Origin: Oscillospiraceae bacterium
GTDB taxonomy: Bacteria; Bacillota; Clostridia; Oscillospirales; CAG-272
Length of the DNA: 64,000 nt
NCBI GenBank assembly: GCA_015064845.1
Contig: SVRL01000003.1
Span: forward strand, 315-64,314
Reading direction: 5' to 3'
Below the pieces are notes generated by a model. It saw only the letters and a list, made by a program, of their open reading frames with translations. It was not told the DNA's origin and searched no databases. Of this stretch, positions 47,146-56,479 are shown one piece after another. The stretch's first letter is position 1; every line of letters starts with the position of its first letter. The position numbers and the translations under genes were made by a program.

Positions 47146-48714
47146 ATGAAAAAATTTTCTTTTTGCAGCGGTCCCGGATTTACCGTTGCCGCAATGATTG
47201 GCGTTACGCTTTTTTCCAAGGCGTTGGGTTTGCTTCGGCAGATGATGACGGCAAGCATTTTTGCGGCAACACCCGAGGGTATTGCATTTTCCGCTGCTTC
47301 GGGTATCCCGCTTGCAGTCTTTGATATGCTTTTTTCCACGGCGGTTTTAGGCTCGTTTTTGCCGATCTATAAAGGAAAACTGACCTCGGATTCCAAAGGT
47401 GCGCAAGCCTTTTCTTCTTCGTTTCTGACAGCCATCGTTCTGGTAACTTCAGCAGTGGCATTGCTTGGTATTTTATTTGCGCGCCAGATTCTTTTACTTG
47501 CCGCCCCCGAATTGGACGGAGAAACGGCAGCGCTTGCGGTAATACTCCTTCGGATGATGTTTCCTGCTGTGGTGTTTGCTGGCGCTGCCTATACGTTGGT
47601 GGGCGTTTTACAATCGCACGAGCGCTTTTTGCTTCCCGCATCCGTCAGCGCAATCTCTAATCTCGTGATGATCCTTTATCTCGTGTTTTGTCCAACCCCC
47701 ATCGGAAGAAATTCCGTGATCGGATTTTCTGCGGCGTATTTGATTTCATGGGCGGTCCAGTTTTTAACACTCGCAGTTCCGCTTATCAAAGAACGTAGAT
47801 TTCCGAAGCCCGTAAAGCGGATTTTAACACCCGATACCAAGCTTGCCGCCAAGCGTTCTCTTCCCGTCATGTTTGGGTCATGGCTGATTCCGATGACTTC
47901 GCTGATTGCAAAATCCTTTGCTTCGTTCATTGATGGCAATACGATTGAAGCGGGGGCGCATGCCGGAACCGCTATCGTCGTTTATGAAAATGCATTTTCC
48001 GTATTTACGATTGCCGCAGGGCTTTTGACTTATGGTATTTGCAACTATATTTTCCCAAAACTTTCCGAACGTATTGCAAAGGGAGATGAAAAAGGCTTTG
48101 CGCATTTGATCGGCAAGGGTACGTTTGCTTCACTGGCGCTGATTTTACCGATCTGCGCAGCTGTTTTCGTGCTTTCCGATGAGATCGTGGAATTGTTGTA
48201 TTTACGAGGAAGTTTCACGCAAGGACTTGCAACGGCAGCTGCCGATGCATTGCGGATTTTTTCTTTCGCCATGCCTGCATACGGAATGACGGAGCTATTT
48301 TCCCGCGTTTGTTATTCCGGCGGAAAAGTAAGGTTTCCCATGGTTGCTTCATTGGGGGGAATTTCCGTTTCGTTGATTTTGGACGCTGTGTTTTTGCATT
48401 TCGATAAGCTTTCCGTAAAAACGGTTGCTCTTGCTGTTGTACTGGGGCAAACGGCAGCCTGCGGAATTTTACTGTTGTTTTGCTTTTTTGGAAAAAAGAA
48501 TTTCAATTTGAAAAAAATTGCGCTTATCTTGCCCGGAGGGGTATTGTGTGGCATTTCTATGTGGGTAAGCAGGAATTTTTTGATACAAATCTTGCATTTT
48601 TCAAAGACTTTTCAAAATTTTCTCATCATAACTATTGTTTTTGCAGTGGGTTTTATGGTATATTTAATATGGTTGGTGCCGGTGTATTTGTGTTGCGCTC
48701 GGCAAACCGACTGA
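47146..48714 (+). CDS. murJ: lipid II flippase MurJ (MviN family)
   Basis: 522 aa with about 14 TM helices. N-terminal ...SKALGLLRQMMTASIFAAT... pattern. Confidence 0.87.
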   Translation: MKKFSFCSGPGFTVAAMIGVTLFSKALGLLRQMMTASIFAATPEGIAFSAASGIPLAVFDMLFSTAVLGSFLPIYKGKLTSDSKGAQAFSSSFLTAIVLVTSAVALLGILFARQILLLAAPELDGETAALAVILLRMMFPAVVFAGAAYTLVGVLQSHERFLLPASVSAISNLVMILYLVFCPTPIGRNSVIGFSAAYLISWAVQFLTLAVPLIKERRFPKPVKRILTPDTKLAAKRSLPVMFGSWLIPMTSLIAKSFASFIDGNTIEAGAHAGTAIVVYENAFSVFTIAAGLLTYGICNYIFPKLSERIAKGDEKGFAHLIGKGTFASLALILPICAAVFVLSDEIVELLYLRGSFTQGLATAAADALRIFSFAMPAYGMTELFSRVCYSGGKVRFPMVASLGGISVSLILDAVFLHFDKLSVKTVALAVVLGQTAACGILLLFCFFGKKNFNLKKIALILPGGVLCGISMWVSRNFLIQILHFSKTFQNFLIITIVFAVGFMVYLIWLVPVYLCCARQTD

Positions 48715-48757
48715 TTTTTATATTTTGACAGCACAAATTCCGAAAGGGGGAACCGAA

Positions 48758-50662
48758 TTGTCCGTATCAAAGAAAAAGCACTCTCTCGGCAAATACCGTA
48801 AGTCGATTTTGATTGATTCTCTGACGAAATTGGCAGGACGCATTTACCGTACGTTTCTGGCAGGCTTTTTCGGCTGGATTCTGACCTCGTACGAAGCGTT
48901 GGTATCAGGATTTTCATCTTCCGTCATCATAAAGAAGCTTCAGACGGTTTCAGGACTCAAAATTTTTCATTTTGCAAGCAATGCCAAGCGTAGGGTGGCA
49001 GAGGCTTATGAGCGAAGTTTCTTTTTGAATTTGCTGAGGAGTATTTCCGAAAAACTTTTGACTGCAAGAATTGCTTCCTTCGGTCTTTTCTTTTTTTCTT
49101 ATGGTTTTTATCTGATTTTGATTCAGGTTATCAGAGAATATGCGCTTCCTGCGGATAACATGGCGATGAGCGGCATCATTATCGGCGTTGCATATATGCT
49201 CTTCGGCACACTGTTTCTGTTTTCCAAACGAAACATTGCGTACACGATCTATCACAGTAAATTTTTGGGCGGGATATTGTTTGAATTTCTCGGTCTTCGC
49301 ATTACGGATGTTGCAGAGGCGGCAGAGAACGAAAACAAGAAAGGCTGGAATGCTCCGTTTATTTCCGGCATGGTTTTCGGATTGATTTCCATTTTTTTGG
49401 ATCCGCTTATGATTTTGGCGATTATTTTGCTTTTTGCACTGTTTTATGTGATTGTCATTTCTCCCGAAGCGGGAATCATTCTGGTATGTATGGGGCTTCC
49501 CTTTTTGGAAACTTTACAATTGGCGGCGCTGATTTGCCTGATTGATGTTTCCTATATTTTGAAATTGATTTGCGGCAGACGGATGTTCCGTTTGCAAATG
49601 ATGGATTTTACGGTTCTTGCTTTTCTTCTTTTTGTAATATTTGGCGGTATTTTTACGATTGACGGTTCAAGCTTTTGGAAAATGTTGGTTTTTGTTTGTT
49701 TCATGTCCGTTTATTTCGTAATTAAAAATATCATTTCCTCTCCCGCTCTTGTAAAAAGATGTCTTTATGCTTTGGTTTTGGCTTCCGCGTTGGTTTCCGC
49801 ATACGGTATTTATCAAAATTACTTTGGCGACCTTTCCTCGAAATGGCATGATATTTCCGTCTTTTCGGAAATACGCGGACGCGTGGTTTCTACGTTTGAT
49901 AATCCGAATGTTTTGGGAGAATTTTTGGTTTTGATTTTCCCGATTACGCTTGCATTGATGGCAAGTGCCAAAAAAGCAAACGAACGCTTTTTCCTTTTTG
50001 TATCCGCTTTACTGAGCTGCGGCTGTTTGGTATTTACGTGGTCAAGAGGCGCATGGCTTGCTTGTATCATCACGACGGCGCTGTTTCTCTGCGTATCGAG
50101 TAAATATTTCTTTACGGCAGGAATCCTTTCTATGCCGATCCTCGGAATGTTTGTTTTTCTGCAATCGGATTCCGCAATCATCCGACGGATCACGAGTTTT
50201 GGTGACAGTTCCACTTCATACAGAGTAAATATCTGGAAAGGGGTGCTTCAAATGCTGGAAGATATCGGTTTCTTCGGCATCGGTATCGGAGAAGAGGCAT
50301 TCCGGAAGGTATATCCGATTTATGCGCTTGCAGGGATTGAAGCGGCGCCCCATTCGCATAATCTTTATTTGCAGATCACCGTGGAAATGGGCGTATTTGC
50401 ATTGCTTTTCTTCTTAATTTTTGTCTTTATGTTTACGCAATTTTCATTCAGTTTTTCCAAAAATGCCATGAACCGTTCCAACAGATTGCTTTGTATGGGA
50501 ATCTTTTGCGGTGCGGCGGCTCTTTTGATTCAGGGATTGACTGATTACGTTTGGTATAATTACCGAATCTTTCTTTTATTCTGGATCGTTGTCGGACTCG
50601 GCGTAGCGCACGTTTCCGTTGCGAAAGATACGGAAGAAGAATCGGATAGAATTTATTTTTAA
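48758..50662 (+). CDS. O-antigen ligase/polymerase-like membrane protein (Wzy_C domain)
   Basis: Polytopic, with the WSRGAWLA motif. The start is uncertain: TTG 48758 has an AAAGGGGGA RBS, while the track ORF begins at 48725. Confidence 0.78.
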   Translation: MSVSKKKHSLGKYRKSILIDSLTKLAGRIYRTFLAGFFGWILTSYEALVSGFSSSVIIKKLQTVSGLKIFHFASNAKRRVAEAYERSFFLNLLRSISEKLLTARIASFGLFFFSYGFYLILIQVIREYALPADNMAMSGIIIGVAYMLFGTLFLFSKRNIAYTIYHSKFLGGILFEFLGLRITDVAEAAENENKKGWNAPFISGMVFGLISIFLDPLMILAIILLFALFYVIVISPEAGIILVCMGLPFLETLQLAALICLIDVSYILKLICGRRMFRLQMMDFTVLAFLLFVIFGGIFTIDGSSFWKMLVFVCFMSVYFVIKNIISSPALVKRCLYALVLASALVSAYGIYQNYFGDLSSKWHDISVFSEIRGRVVSTFDNPNVLGEFLVLIFPITLALMASAKKANERFFLFVSALLSCGCLVFTWSRGAWLACIITTALFLCVSSKYFFTAGILSMPILGMFVFLQSDSAIIRRITSFGDSSTSYRVNIWKGVLQMLEDIGFFGIGIGEEAFRKVYPIYALAGIEAAPHSHNLYLQITVEMGVFALLFFLIFVFMFTQFSFSFSKNAMNRSNRLLCMGIFCGAAALLIQGLTDYVWYNYRIFLLFWIVVGLGVAHVSVAKDTEEESDRIYF

Positions 50663-50737
50663 GTTGAGGAAAGATCTTCTGCTGACGGCGGCGGCAGAAA
50701 AAAGAAAAATAATCAACCCGCCGGGAAAGATTGTTTT

Positions 50738-51265
50738 ATGGTAGAGAAAAGAAAAAAGGCGCGGTTTAACTGGATCGATGCATTGATCGTGATTTTTATT
50801 TTGGCTGTCATTGCTACGGCGGCATACTTTTTAATCGGCAGTTTTAAGCCCGACGAAAATCAAGGCGGCGAAGATTTCAAGATTGAAATACGCATTGAAA
50901 ACGTGAAAAAAGAAAGTTTGGAAAGTCTGGAAAGCCTTTCTTTGCTGCAACCGGAAACGGTAGTCAAGGATGCTGTTACGGGAGAAGAAATCGGTAAGAT
51001 ATTTTCGGTCAGAACGGAAAAATCACGGTACTACGGCGGATTGGTTGAGGATGAGAACGGTTATACCCTGGGAACGGCGGAGTCAGAAGATGAATATGAT
51101 GTATATATCACGATTTCAACCGATGCCGAGCAGGATTCCAGAGGGATTTATACGGTCAATGGCATTCGTATGCTCATCGGAGAAACCGTACATTTCAAAA
51201 TCAAATCTTTTGCCGCAACCGCTTATATTGTGAAAACGGAAGTTCCGAATGAAACACAGACCTGA
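50738..51265 (+). CDS. DUF4330-like membrane-anchored protein
   Basis: Basic N-terminus followed by a single TM (FNWIDALIVIFILAVIATAAYF). Confidence 0.72.
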   Translation: MVEKRKKARFNWIDALIVIFILAVIATAAYFLIGSFKPDENQGGEDFKIEIRIENVKKESLESLESLSLLQPETVVKDAVTGEEIGKIFSVRTEKSRYYGGLVEDENGYTLGTAESEDEYDVYITISTDAEQDSRGIYTVNGIRMLIGETVHFKIKSFAATAYIVKTEVPNETQT

Positions 51266-51282
51266 TAGGAAAGGAAACGGAT

Positions 51283-51804
51283 ATGAATAAAAATGTGAAT
51301 ACGGCAGCGAATGCCAAAAAAAAGAAAAAGAAAGCATCGGGTCCGAGATTCAATGTGTTTGACTTTTTGATTATTGTTACGATTCTTGTCTGTATCGGAG
51401 CTATTGTCGTGCGCGCGATATTCATCGGCAGTGCAAAAGAGGAAATTACGACGGCACACATGGTTTTCGAAGTCAGCGGCATTTCTTTGGTTACGGCAGA
51501 TGCGCTTTGTATTGCTGAACAGCCGATTTATCTGCAAAGCGATGATACATGGATCGGAACGGTAATTTCTGCTTCCGCCTCTGCGCAAAAGGTTTGGGAA
51601 AAAGATGAAACGGGAATGCTGCAATCGGCATTTCATCCCGAAAAGAAAACTGTTAGGGCAGAAGCTTTGATCAGCGGAACGTGGAGCGAAGACGGCTTTT
51701 TGATCGGAGGCACAAATCTTGCTTCCGTGGGAAAAACCTTTGCGATTTATACACCGCACGTTTCTTGCACCGTTACGGTCGTCAGTGTTTCGGAAAATCA
51801 ATAA
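51283..51804 (+). CDS. DUF4330-like membrane-anchored protein (paralogue of upstream gene)
   Basis: Same architecture as the upstream gene (KKKKKKASGPRFNVFDFLIIVTILVCIGAIVV). Confidence 0.72.
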   Translation: MNKNVNTAANAKKKKKKASGPRFNVFDFLIIVTILVCIGAIVVRAIFIGSAKEEITTAHMVFEVSGISLVTADALCIAEQPIYLQSDDTWIGTVISASASAQKVWEKDETGMLQSAFHPEKKTVRAEALISGTWSEDGFLIGGTNLASVGKTFAIYTPHVSCTVTVVSVSENQ

Positions 51805-51949
51805 AATTTTTCAAAATTTTTCGTTATATCGATATTTTTTGCAAAAAACTATTGATTTTGTTCGAAATCATTGGTATAATATCTATTAAATAATAGTTCT
51901 TTTTTGTTCGTTTGCGGACAAGTAAAAATCAAAACAGGAGCGAAAAAAG

Positions 51950-52207
51950 ATGATTTCCAGAGATATAACCATCAAAAACAGCGTTGGTCTCTATGCAAGA
52001 CCCGCAACATTTTTCATTCAGAGAGCAAATTCCTACAAGAGTTCCATTTGGATCGAAAAAGATGACCGCCGTGTAAATGCAAAGAGCCTTCTCGGTGTTC
52101 TTTCCATGGCAATTGCAGGCGGTACAACCGTTACCTTGATTGCAGACGGTCCCGATGAAGCGGAAGCAATCGGTGCACTTGAACTTCTCGTAAGCACGGA
52201 AATTTGA
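51950..52207 (+). CDS. HPr-family protein, Crh-like (Tyr at the His15 position, Ser46 region conserved)
   Basis: SVGLYARPA where HPr has G(I/L)HARPA. VNAKSLLGVLSMA retains the HprK target Ser context. Confidence 0.88.
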   Translation: MISRDITIKNSVGLYARPATFFIQRANSYKSSIWIEKDDRRVNAKSLLGVLSMAIAGGTTVTLIADGPDEAEAIGALELLVSTEI

Positions 52208-52350
52208 TTTTTCAAAAACGGACGGCAGCGGATAACGCCCCGAAAAGGGCGCTCTCTTCTGTCGTTTTTTCGTGCTATGAATGAAACGTCAGTAAGATTT
52301 CGATGTTTTATTTTTGAAAACGGCTGTTCTTTGCTTGAAAAGGAGGTTTT

Positions 52351-54192
52351 ATGGTCAAAGCGGAATATGCGGAAAGACTCAGGGAAAAAGCGGCGGGTCT
52401 GCCGTTGACACCCGGTGTATATATTATGCGCGACAGCTCGGGGAAGGTTATTTACGTCGGAAAGTCGCGCGCAATTAAAAACCGTGTTTCGGGATATTTT
52501 CAGGAAAGCGGTCAGAACAGTCTGAAAACCGAGAGCATGACGGCTCATATTTTCGATTTCGATTATATTCTTTGTGATACGGAAATGGAAGCTCTGACTT
52601 TGGAAAACAGTTTGATCAAGCTGTATCATCCGCGTTACAACATCAAACTGAAAGACGATAAATCGTATCCGTACCTGAAAGCAACGACGTCAGACGAATT
52701 TCCGCGCTTTGTCTTAACGCGGAAAAGAGAGAGTGAAAAAGCGAAATATTTCGGTCCGTATACCAGCACGGCAACGGTTTACGGTATGATTGCGGCTTTG
52801 CAGAAAACATTCGGACTTCCTTGCTGTAAATACAATTTTCCGCGTGATCGAGGAAAGGTTAAAAATTGCGTATATAAGCAGATGGGGTGCATTGCCCCTT
52901 GTGATCCTGCGGTTTCTGCGGAGACGTATCGGGAATCATTTGATGCCGCGCTTTCATTTCTTTCGGGAGATTATGAAAAAATCATCGAAAGTCTGACGGA
53001 AAAAATGAATTATGCCGCTGAAAATCTGGCTTTTGAAGCCGCAGCTGCTTACAGAGACCGTATCCGTGCGGTTAAAAAACTGGAAGAAAAACAGAAGGTC
53101 GTTGCAAGTCCGGATACGGAACGGGACATCGTTGCCTGGAACGTTTCAGATCCCATTTCTTCCATCTGCATTTTTTATATCCGTTCGGGTAAACTGATCG
53201 ATTCCGAAATGTTTTATTTTTCGGGAGGAGAGATTCTGGACAGCGATGCGGTTACGGCGTTCCTTTATGAACTGTATTCCCGACGGGAATATATTCCCAA
53301 GGAGATCAATCCTGCAGAAGTTCTTTCGCCCGAAGATGCGGCAGCTCTTTCCGAATGGCTGACGGAAAAAGCGGGTTACCGTGTGTATGTTCGTACGCCG
53401 TTCAGAGGTGAAACGAGGCATCTTTGCGATATGGCGGCTGAAAACGCAAAAATTCGCGCCGAGGAATATGCAAAATCTGCGGAAAAGAGCGAAAAATCAC
53501 TTCTCCGATTGGCGGCACTTTGCGGATTGGAAACCGTTCCGACAAGAATCGAAGCGTTTGATATTTCCAATTTCGGAGATGAGAATATTACGGCAGGTAT
53601 GGTCGTTTATGAAGATGCCAAGCCGAAAAAAAGCGATTACCGTTTATTTAACATCCGTACTGCCGTGGGTAGGGACGATTACGCTTCCATGCGGGAAGCG
53701 ATTTCACGACGTCTTTCCCATCTTGGCGAAGAAGGCGCGAAAATTCCCGATTTGCTGTTGATCGACGGCGGCGAAGCGCACAGAGCCATTGCGGCGGAAG
53801 AAGTTGCGGCGGCAGGCTATTCCATTCCCGTTTTCGGCATGGTCAAGGATGATTATCATAAAACCCGCGCGCTTGTGGGCGCGGAGGGTGAGATTTCCAT
53901 TGCGGCTGAACAATCGGTATATACTTTGATCTACCGTATACAGGAGGAGGTACACCGCTTTACCATCTCCAAAATGAGCGCCGCCAAACGAAAAACACAA
54001 ACCACTTCCGTTCTGGAAGAAATTCCGGGCATCGGACACGCAAGAGCCAAAGCGTTATTGACACATTTCGGCGGTCTTGCGGGTGTGAAACAGGCAACGT
54101 CCGAAGAACTTTGCGCCATTCGCGGCGTAACGCCCGAGCTTGCGGAACGAATCATAGCATATTTTCAGGAAAACAAGAACAGAAAGGATTAA
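52351..54192 (+). CDS. uvrC: excinuclease ABC subunit C
   Basis: GIY-YIG N-terminus (PGVYIMRD...VIYVGKS), a UVR domain and a C-terminal HhH2 (IPGIGHARAKALL). Confidence 0.94.
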   Translation: MVKAEYAERLREKAAGLPLTPGVYIMRDSSGKVIYVGKSRAIKNRVSGYFQESGQNSLKTESMTAHIFDFDYILCDTEMEALTLENSLIKLYHPRYNIKLKDDKSYPYLKATTSDEFPRFVLTRKRESEKAKYFGPYTSTATVYGMIAALQKTFGLPCCKYNFPRDRGKVKNCVYKQMGCIAPCDPAVSAETYRESFDAALSFLSGDYEKIIESLTEKMNYAAENLAFEAAAAYRDRIRAVKKLEEKQKVVASPDTERDIVAWNVSDPISSICIFYIRSGKLIDSEMFYFSGGEILDSDAVTAFLYELYSRREYIPKEINPAEVLSPEDAAALSEWLTEKAGYRVYVRTPFRGETRHLCDMAAENAKIRAEEYAKSAEKSEKSLLRLAALCGLETVPTRIEAFDISNFGDENITAGMVVYEDAKPKKSDYRLFNIRTAVGRDDYASMREAISRRLSHLGEEGAKIPDLLLIDGGEAHRAIAAEEVAAAGYSIPVFGMVKDDYHKTRALVGAEGEISIAAEQSVYTLIYRIQEEVHRFTISKMSAAKRKTQTTSVLEEIPGIGHARAKALLTHFGGLAGVKQATSEELCAIRGVTPELAERIIAYFQENKNRKD

Positions 54193-54198
54193 AAAATC

Positions 54199-54771
54199 AT
54201 GAGAATTATTACAGGAACCGCGCGTGGCGCGGTATTGAATACATTGGAAGGGGAGGCAACCCGTCCGACTCCCGCAAAGGTAAAGGAGGCGCTTTTCAGC
54301 TCCATTCAGTTTGACATAGAAGGCAGAAAAGTGCTGGATCTTTTTGCAGGTTCCGGTCAGCTTGGTCTGGAAGCACTCAGCAGAGGTGCGGAAAAAGCAA
54401 CTTTTGTGGACGGTGCAAGAGAAGCAACGGCTATTATTACCGCCAATGCGCAGAAAACGCATCTTTATAAACAGTCTAACGTTCTTTGCATGGATTGGAA
54501 ACAGTATATTCAATCCGCAAAGGGCAGAAATCGCTTTGATATCGTCTTTTTGGATCCTCCTTACGCTTTACGGTTGCTCCCAAAAGTAACGGCGGCGCTT
54601 TACGATGCGGATATGCTTTCCGAGGGTGCGCTCGTGATTTGTGAAGACGAAGAGGGCGGACTTGCCGATGACGTGATGGTCAAAGCGCGTTACGATCTTG
54701 TGAAAGCCAGCCGTTACGGCCGTGTACATATCACGATTTTGACACCCAAGACAGAGGAAGAAGAAGCATGA
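54199..54771 (+). CDS. rsmD: 16S rRNA (guanine966-N2)-methyltransferase
   Basis: MRIITGTARG...TRPT...LDLFAGSGQLGLEALSRGA...DPPY. Confidence 0.9.
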   Translation: MRIITGTARGAVLNTLEGEATRPTPAKVKEALFSSIQFDIEGRKVLDLFAGSGQLGLEALSRGAEKATFVDGAREATAIITANAQKTHLYKQSNVLCMDWKQYIQSAKGRNRFDIVFLDPPYALRLLPKVTAALYDADMLSEGALVICEDEEGGLADDVMVKARYDLVKASRYGRVHITILTPKTEEEEA

Positions 54772-55229
54772 AAAAGATTGCCTTGATTCCGGGGACTTTT
54801 GATCCCGTTACGCTCGGACATTTGGATCTTGTGAAGTTTTCATCTGAGATCTTCGATGAGGTTGTCGTTTGCATTTGCGTGAATCCCGATAAACAGCATC
54901 TTTTTAACGAAGCGGAGAGAAAAGCTATGCTGGAGAAAGCGGTTGCTTCTTATCCGAACGTGTGCGTGGATATTCATCACGGATGGACTGCCGATTACGC
55001 GCTTGCCATTGGCGCGCAATGTATCGTGCGCGGCATCCGCAATGAAAAGGATGCCCAATATGAATTGGAAATGGCGGATTACAATTTCAAGACCAAAGGC
55101 GTGCGGACGATGTTGATTCCTGCACGTGCGGAAATCGCACAAATCAGTTCCACTGCTGTCAGGGAAAAACTTGCCAAAGGCGAAAGCGTAGAAAATCTTA
55201 TTCCGAGCGAAGTGAAGCTTGGAAAGTAA
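54768..55229 (+). CDS. coaD: pantetheine-phosphate adenylyltransferase
   Basis: PGTFDPVTLGHLDL motif. ATGA overlap with rsmD. Confidence 0.93.
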   Translation: MKKIALIPGTFDPVTLGHLDLVKFSSEIFDEVVVCICVNPDKQHLFNEAERKAMLEKAVASYPNVCVDIHHGWTADYALAIGAQCIVRGIRNEKDAQYELEMADYNFKTKGVRTMLIPARAEIAQISSTAVREKLAKGESVENLIPSEVKLGK

Positions 55230-55294
55230 CAGCATAACAAAAATCCCCTCTGTGCAAACGCAGATATTGAGCGTTGCATAAAGGGGATTGTTTT

Positions 55295-56266
55295 TCACGG
55301 TATGTAGAGGTCTTCCTTGAAGGCTTCCCATTTTTCGGGATGGTTGACGAAATAGATGGGACAATATTTGTGCCAGGTAACGCCGCTGGAATTGGTGCGG
55401 GGATAATCGTAATGCCGTTTTACATTTTTTTCCGAGAGATCAAATTCGGCGCAGAGCCAGGATACGAGCTTGACGAGAGATTCATATGTGGCATCGGTAA
55501 ATTTTCCCGTGGAATCGGGATGGCAGCATTCAATGGAGATGGTGGTATAATTTCCTTCGGTCGTACCGATTGCCCACGCAACTTCGTTGAGGGGCATACA
55601 TTGCAAAATCGAACCGTCGAGGTCAATGATAAAATGCGCGCTGGTATTAGGTTTGTTGTTTTCAAAGTTTTTCCAGTTTTGAAGCGCGGTGGTTCCGGGA
55701 TTGGCAACATAATGCACGACAATATTTTTTACGCTCCAGAGTTTATATCCGGGACGAGAATTTTTGTGAATACTAAGATATTTTTTTGTAATCAGCTCCG
55801 CCATTTTTTCATCGGTAATATCTTCTGCCGTGATACCGTCAGGCTGATCGGCGGGAGGCTGAGTGTTCTGCGTCGTTTGAGAGGATTCCGTTGTCTGAGA
55901 TGGTTTCGTTGTTTGCGAGGTTGATTCGCTTTCGGTTGTTTTTTGAGTGGAGACGGAATCGGAGGGAATGAAAGTGGGAATGGTTGCCGGCAGATATTTT
56001 GTGGATTCGGATGTTTGCGATGAGGTTTGCTCCGAGGACTGTGTTTGTGAATGTAAAGACTCAATACTCGAGTGGTCGGAGGGGTGCGTTGCAAGCGAAC
56101 CCGTTGTCGGGTCGGCCGCGTCCGTAGTGTCCGAAGATTCGTTTTTCAGATTCAATACTCCTGCGTAATGTAGGGCGAGAACTGCGATGACAATAATAAT
56201 AAAAATAAAGATAAAGATCAAAAGACTGGAAATGAATTTTTCTTGATCGGAATAATTTGCTTTCAC
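55295..56266 (-). CDS. membrane-anchored N-acetylmuramoyl-L-alanine amidase (Amidase_2/PGRP type)
   Basis: N-terminal TM, a Ser/Thr/Gln-rich linker, and a C-terminal IVVHYVANPG...SAHFIID...ISIECCH domain. Confidence 0.85.
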   Translation of the reverse strand: MKANYSDQEKFISSLLIFIFIFIIIVIAVLALHYAGVLNLKNESSDTTDAADPTTGSLATHPSDHSSIESLHSQTQSSEQTSSQTSESTKYLPATIPTFIPSDSVSTQKTTESESTSQTTKPSQTTESSQTTQNTQPPADQPDGITAEDITDEKMAELITKKYLSIHKNSRPGYKLWSVKNIVVHYVANPGTTALQNWKNFENNKPNTSAHFIIDLDGSILQCMPLNEVAWAIGTTEGNYTTISIECCHPDSTGKFTDATYESLVKLVSWLCAEFDLSEKNVKRHYDYPRTNSSGVTWHKYCPIYFVNHPEKWEAFKEDLYIP

Positions 56267-56420
56267 GGGGGTTTCTCCTTGCTATTTTGTATGTGAGATC
56301 AAATTTTGCTTTCATTATTGTATCATATTTGGTTATATCTGTCAAGACGGTGAATATTTTTATTTTGGAATGCCGAATGGAAAATTAAGGCTTGATTTTA
56401 GTCATTTTTTTCATAAAGAA

Positions 56421-56449
56421 TTGCAATAAATGAATTTTTATGATATAAT
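56421..56449 (+). promoter_or_regulatory. near-consensus sigma-A promoter of the TerB-N operon
   Basis: TTGCAA (56421-26), 17-nt spacer, TATAAT (56444-49), about 30 nt upstream of ATG 56480. Confidence 0.6.
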
Positions 56450-56479
56450 AAATAAAATAAGCAATTATGGAGGGACGTT

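Noticed and set aside
55840-56110. Repetitive Ser/Thr/Gln-rich DNA, considered as a possible tandem repeat element
   Set aside because: It lies within the amidase ORF and encodes a low-complexity linker between the TM anchor and the catalytic domain. It is not an independent element.
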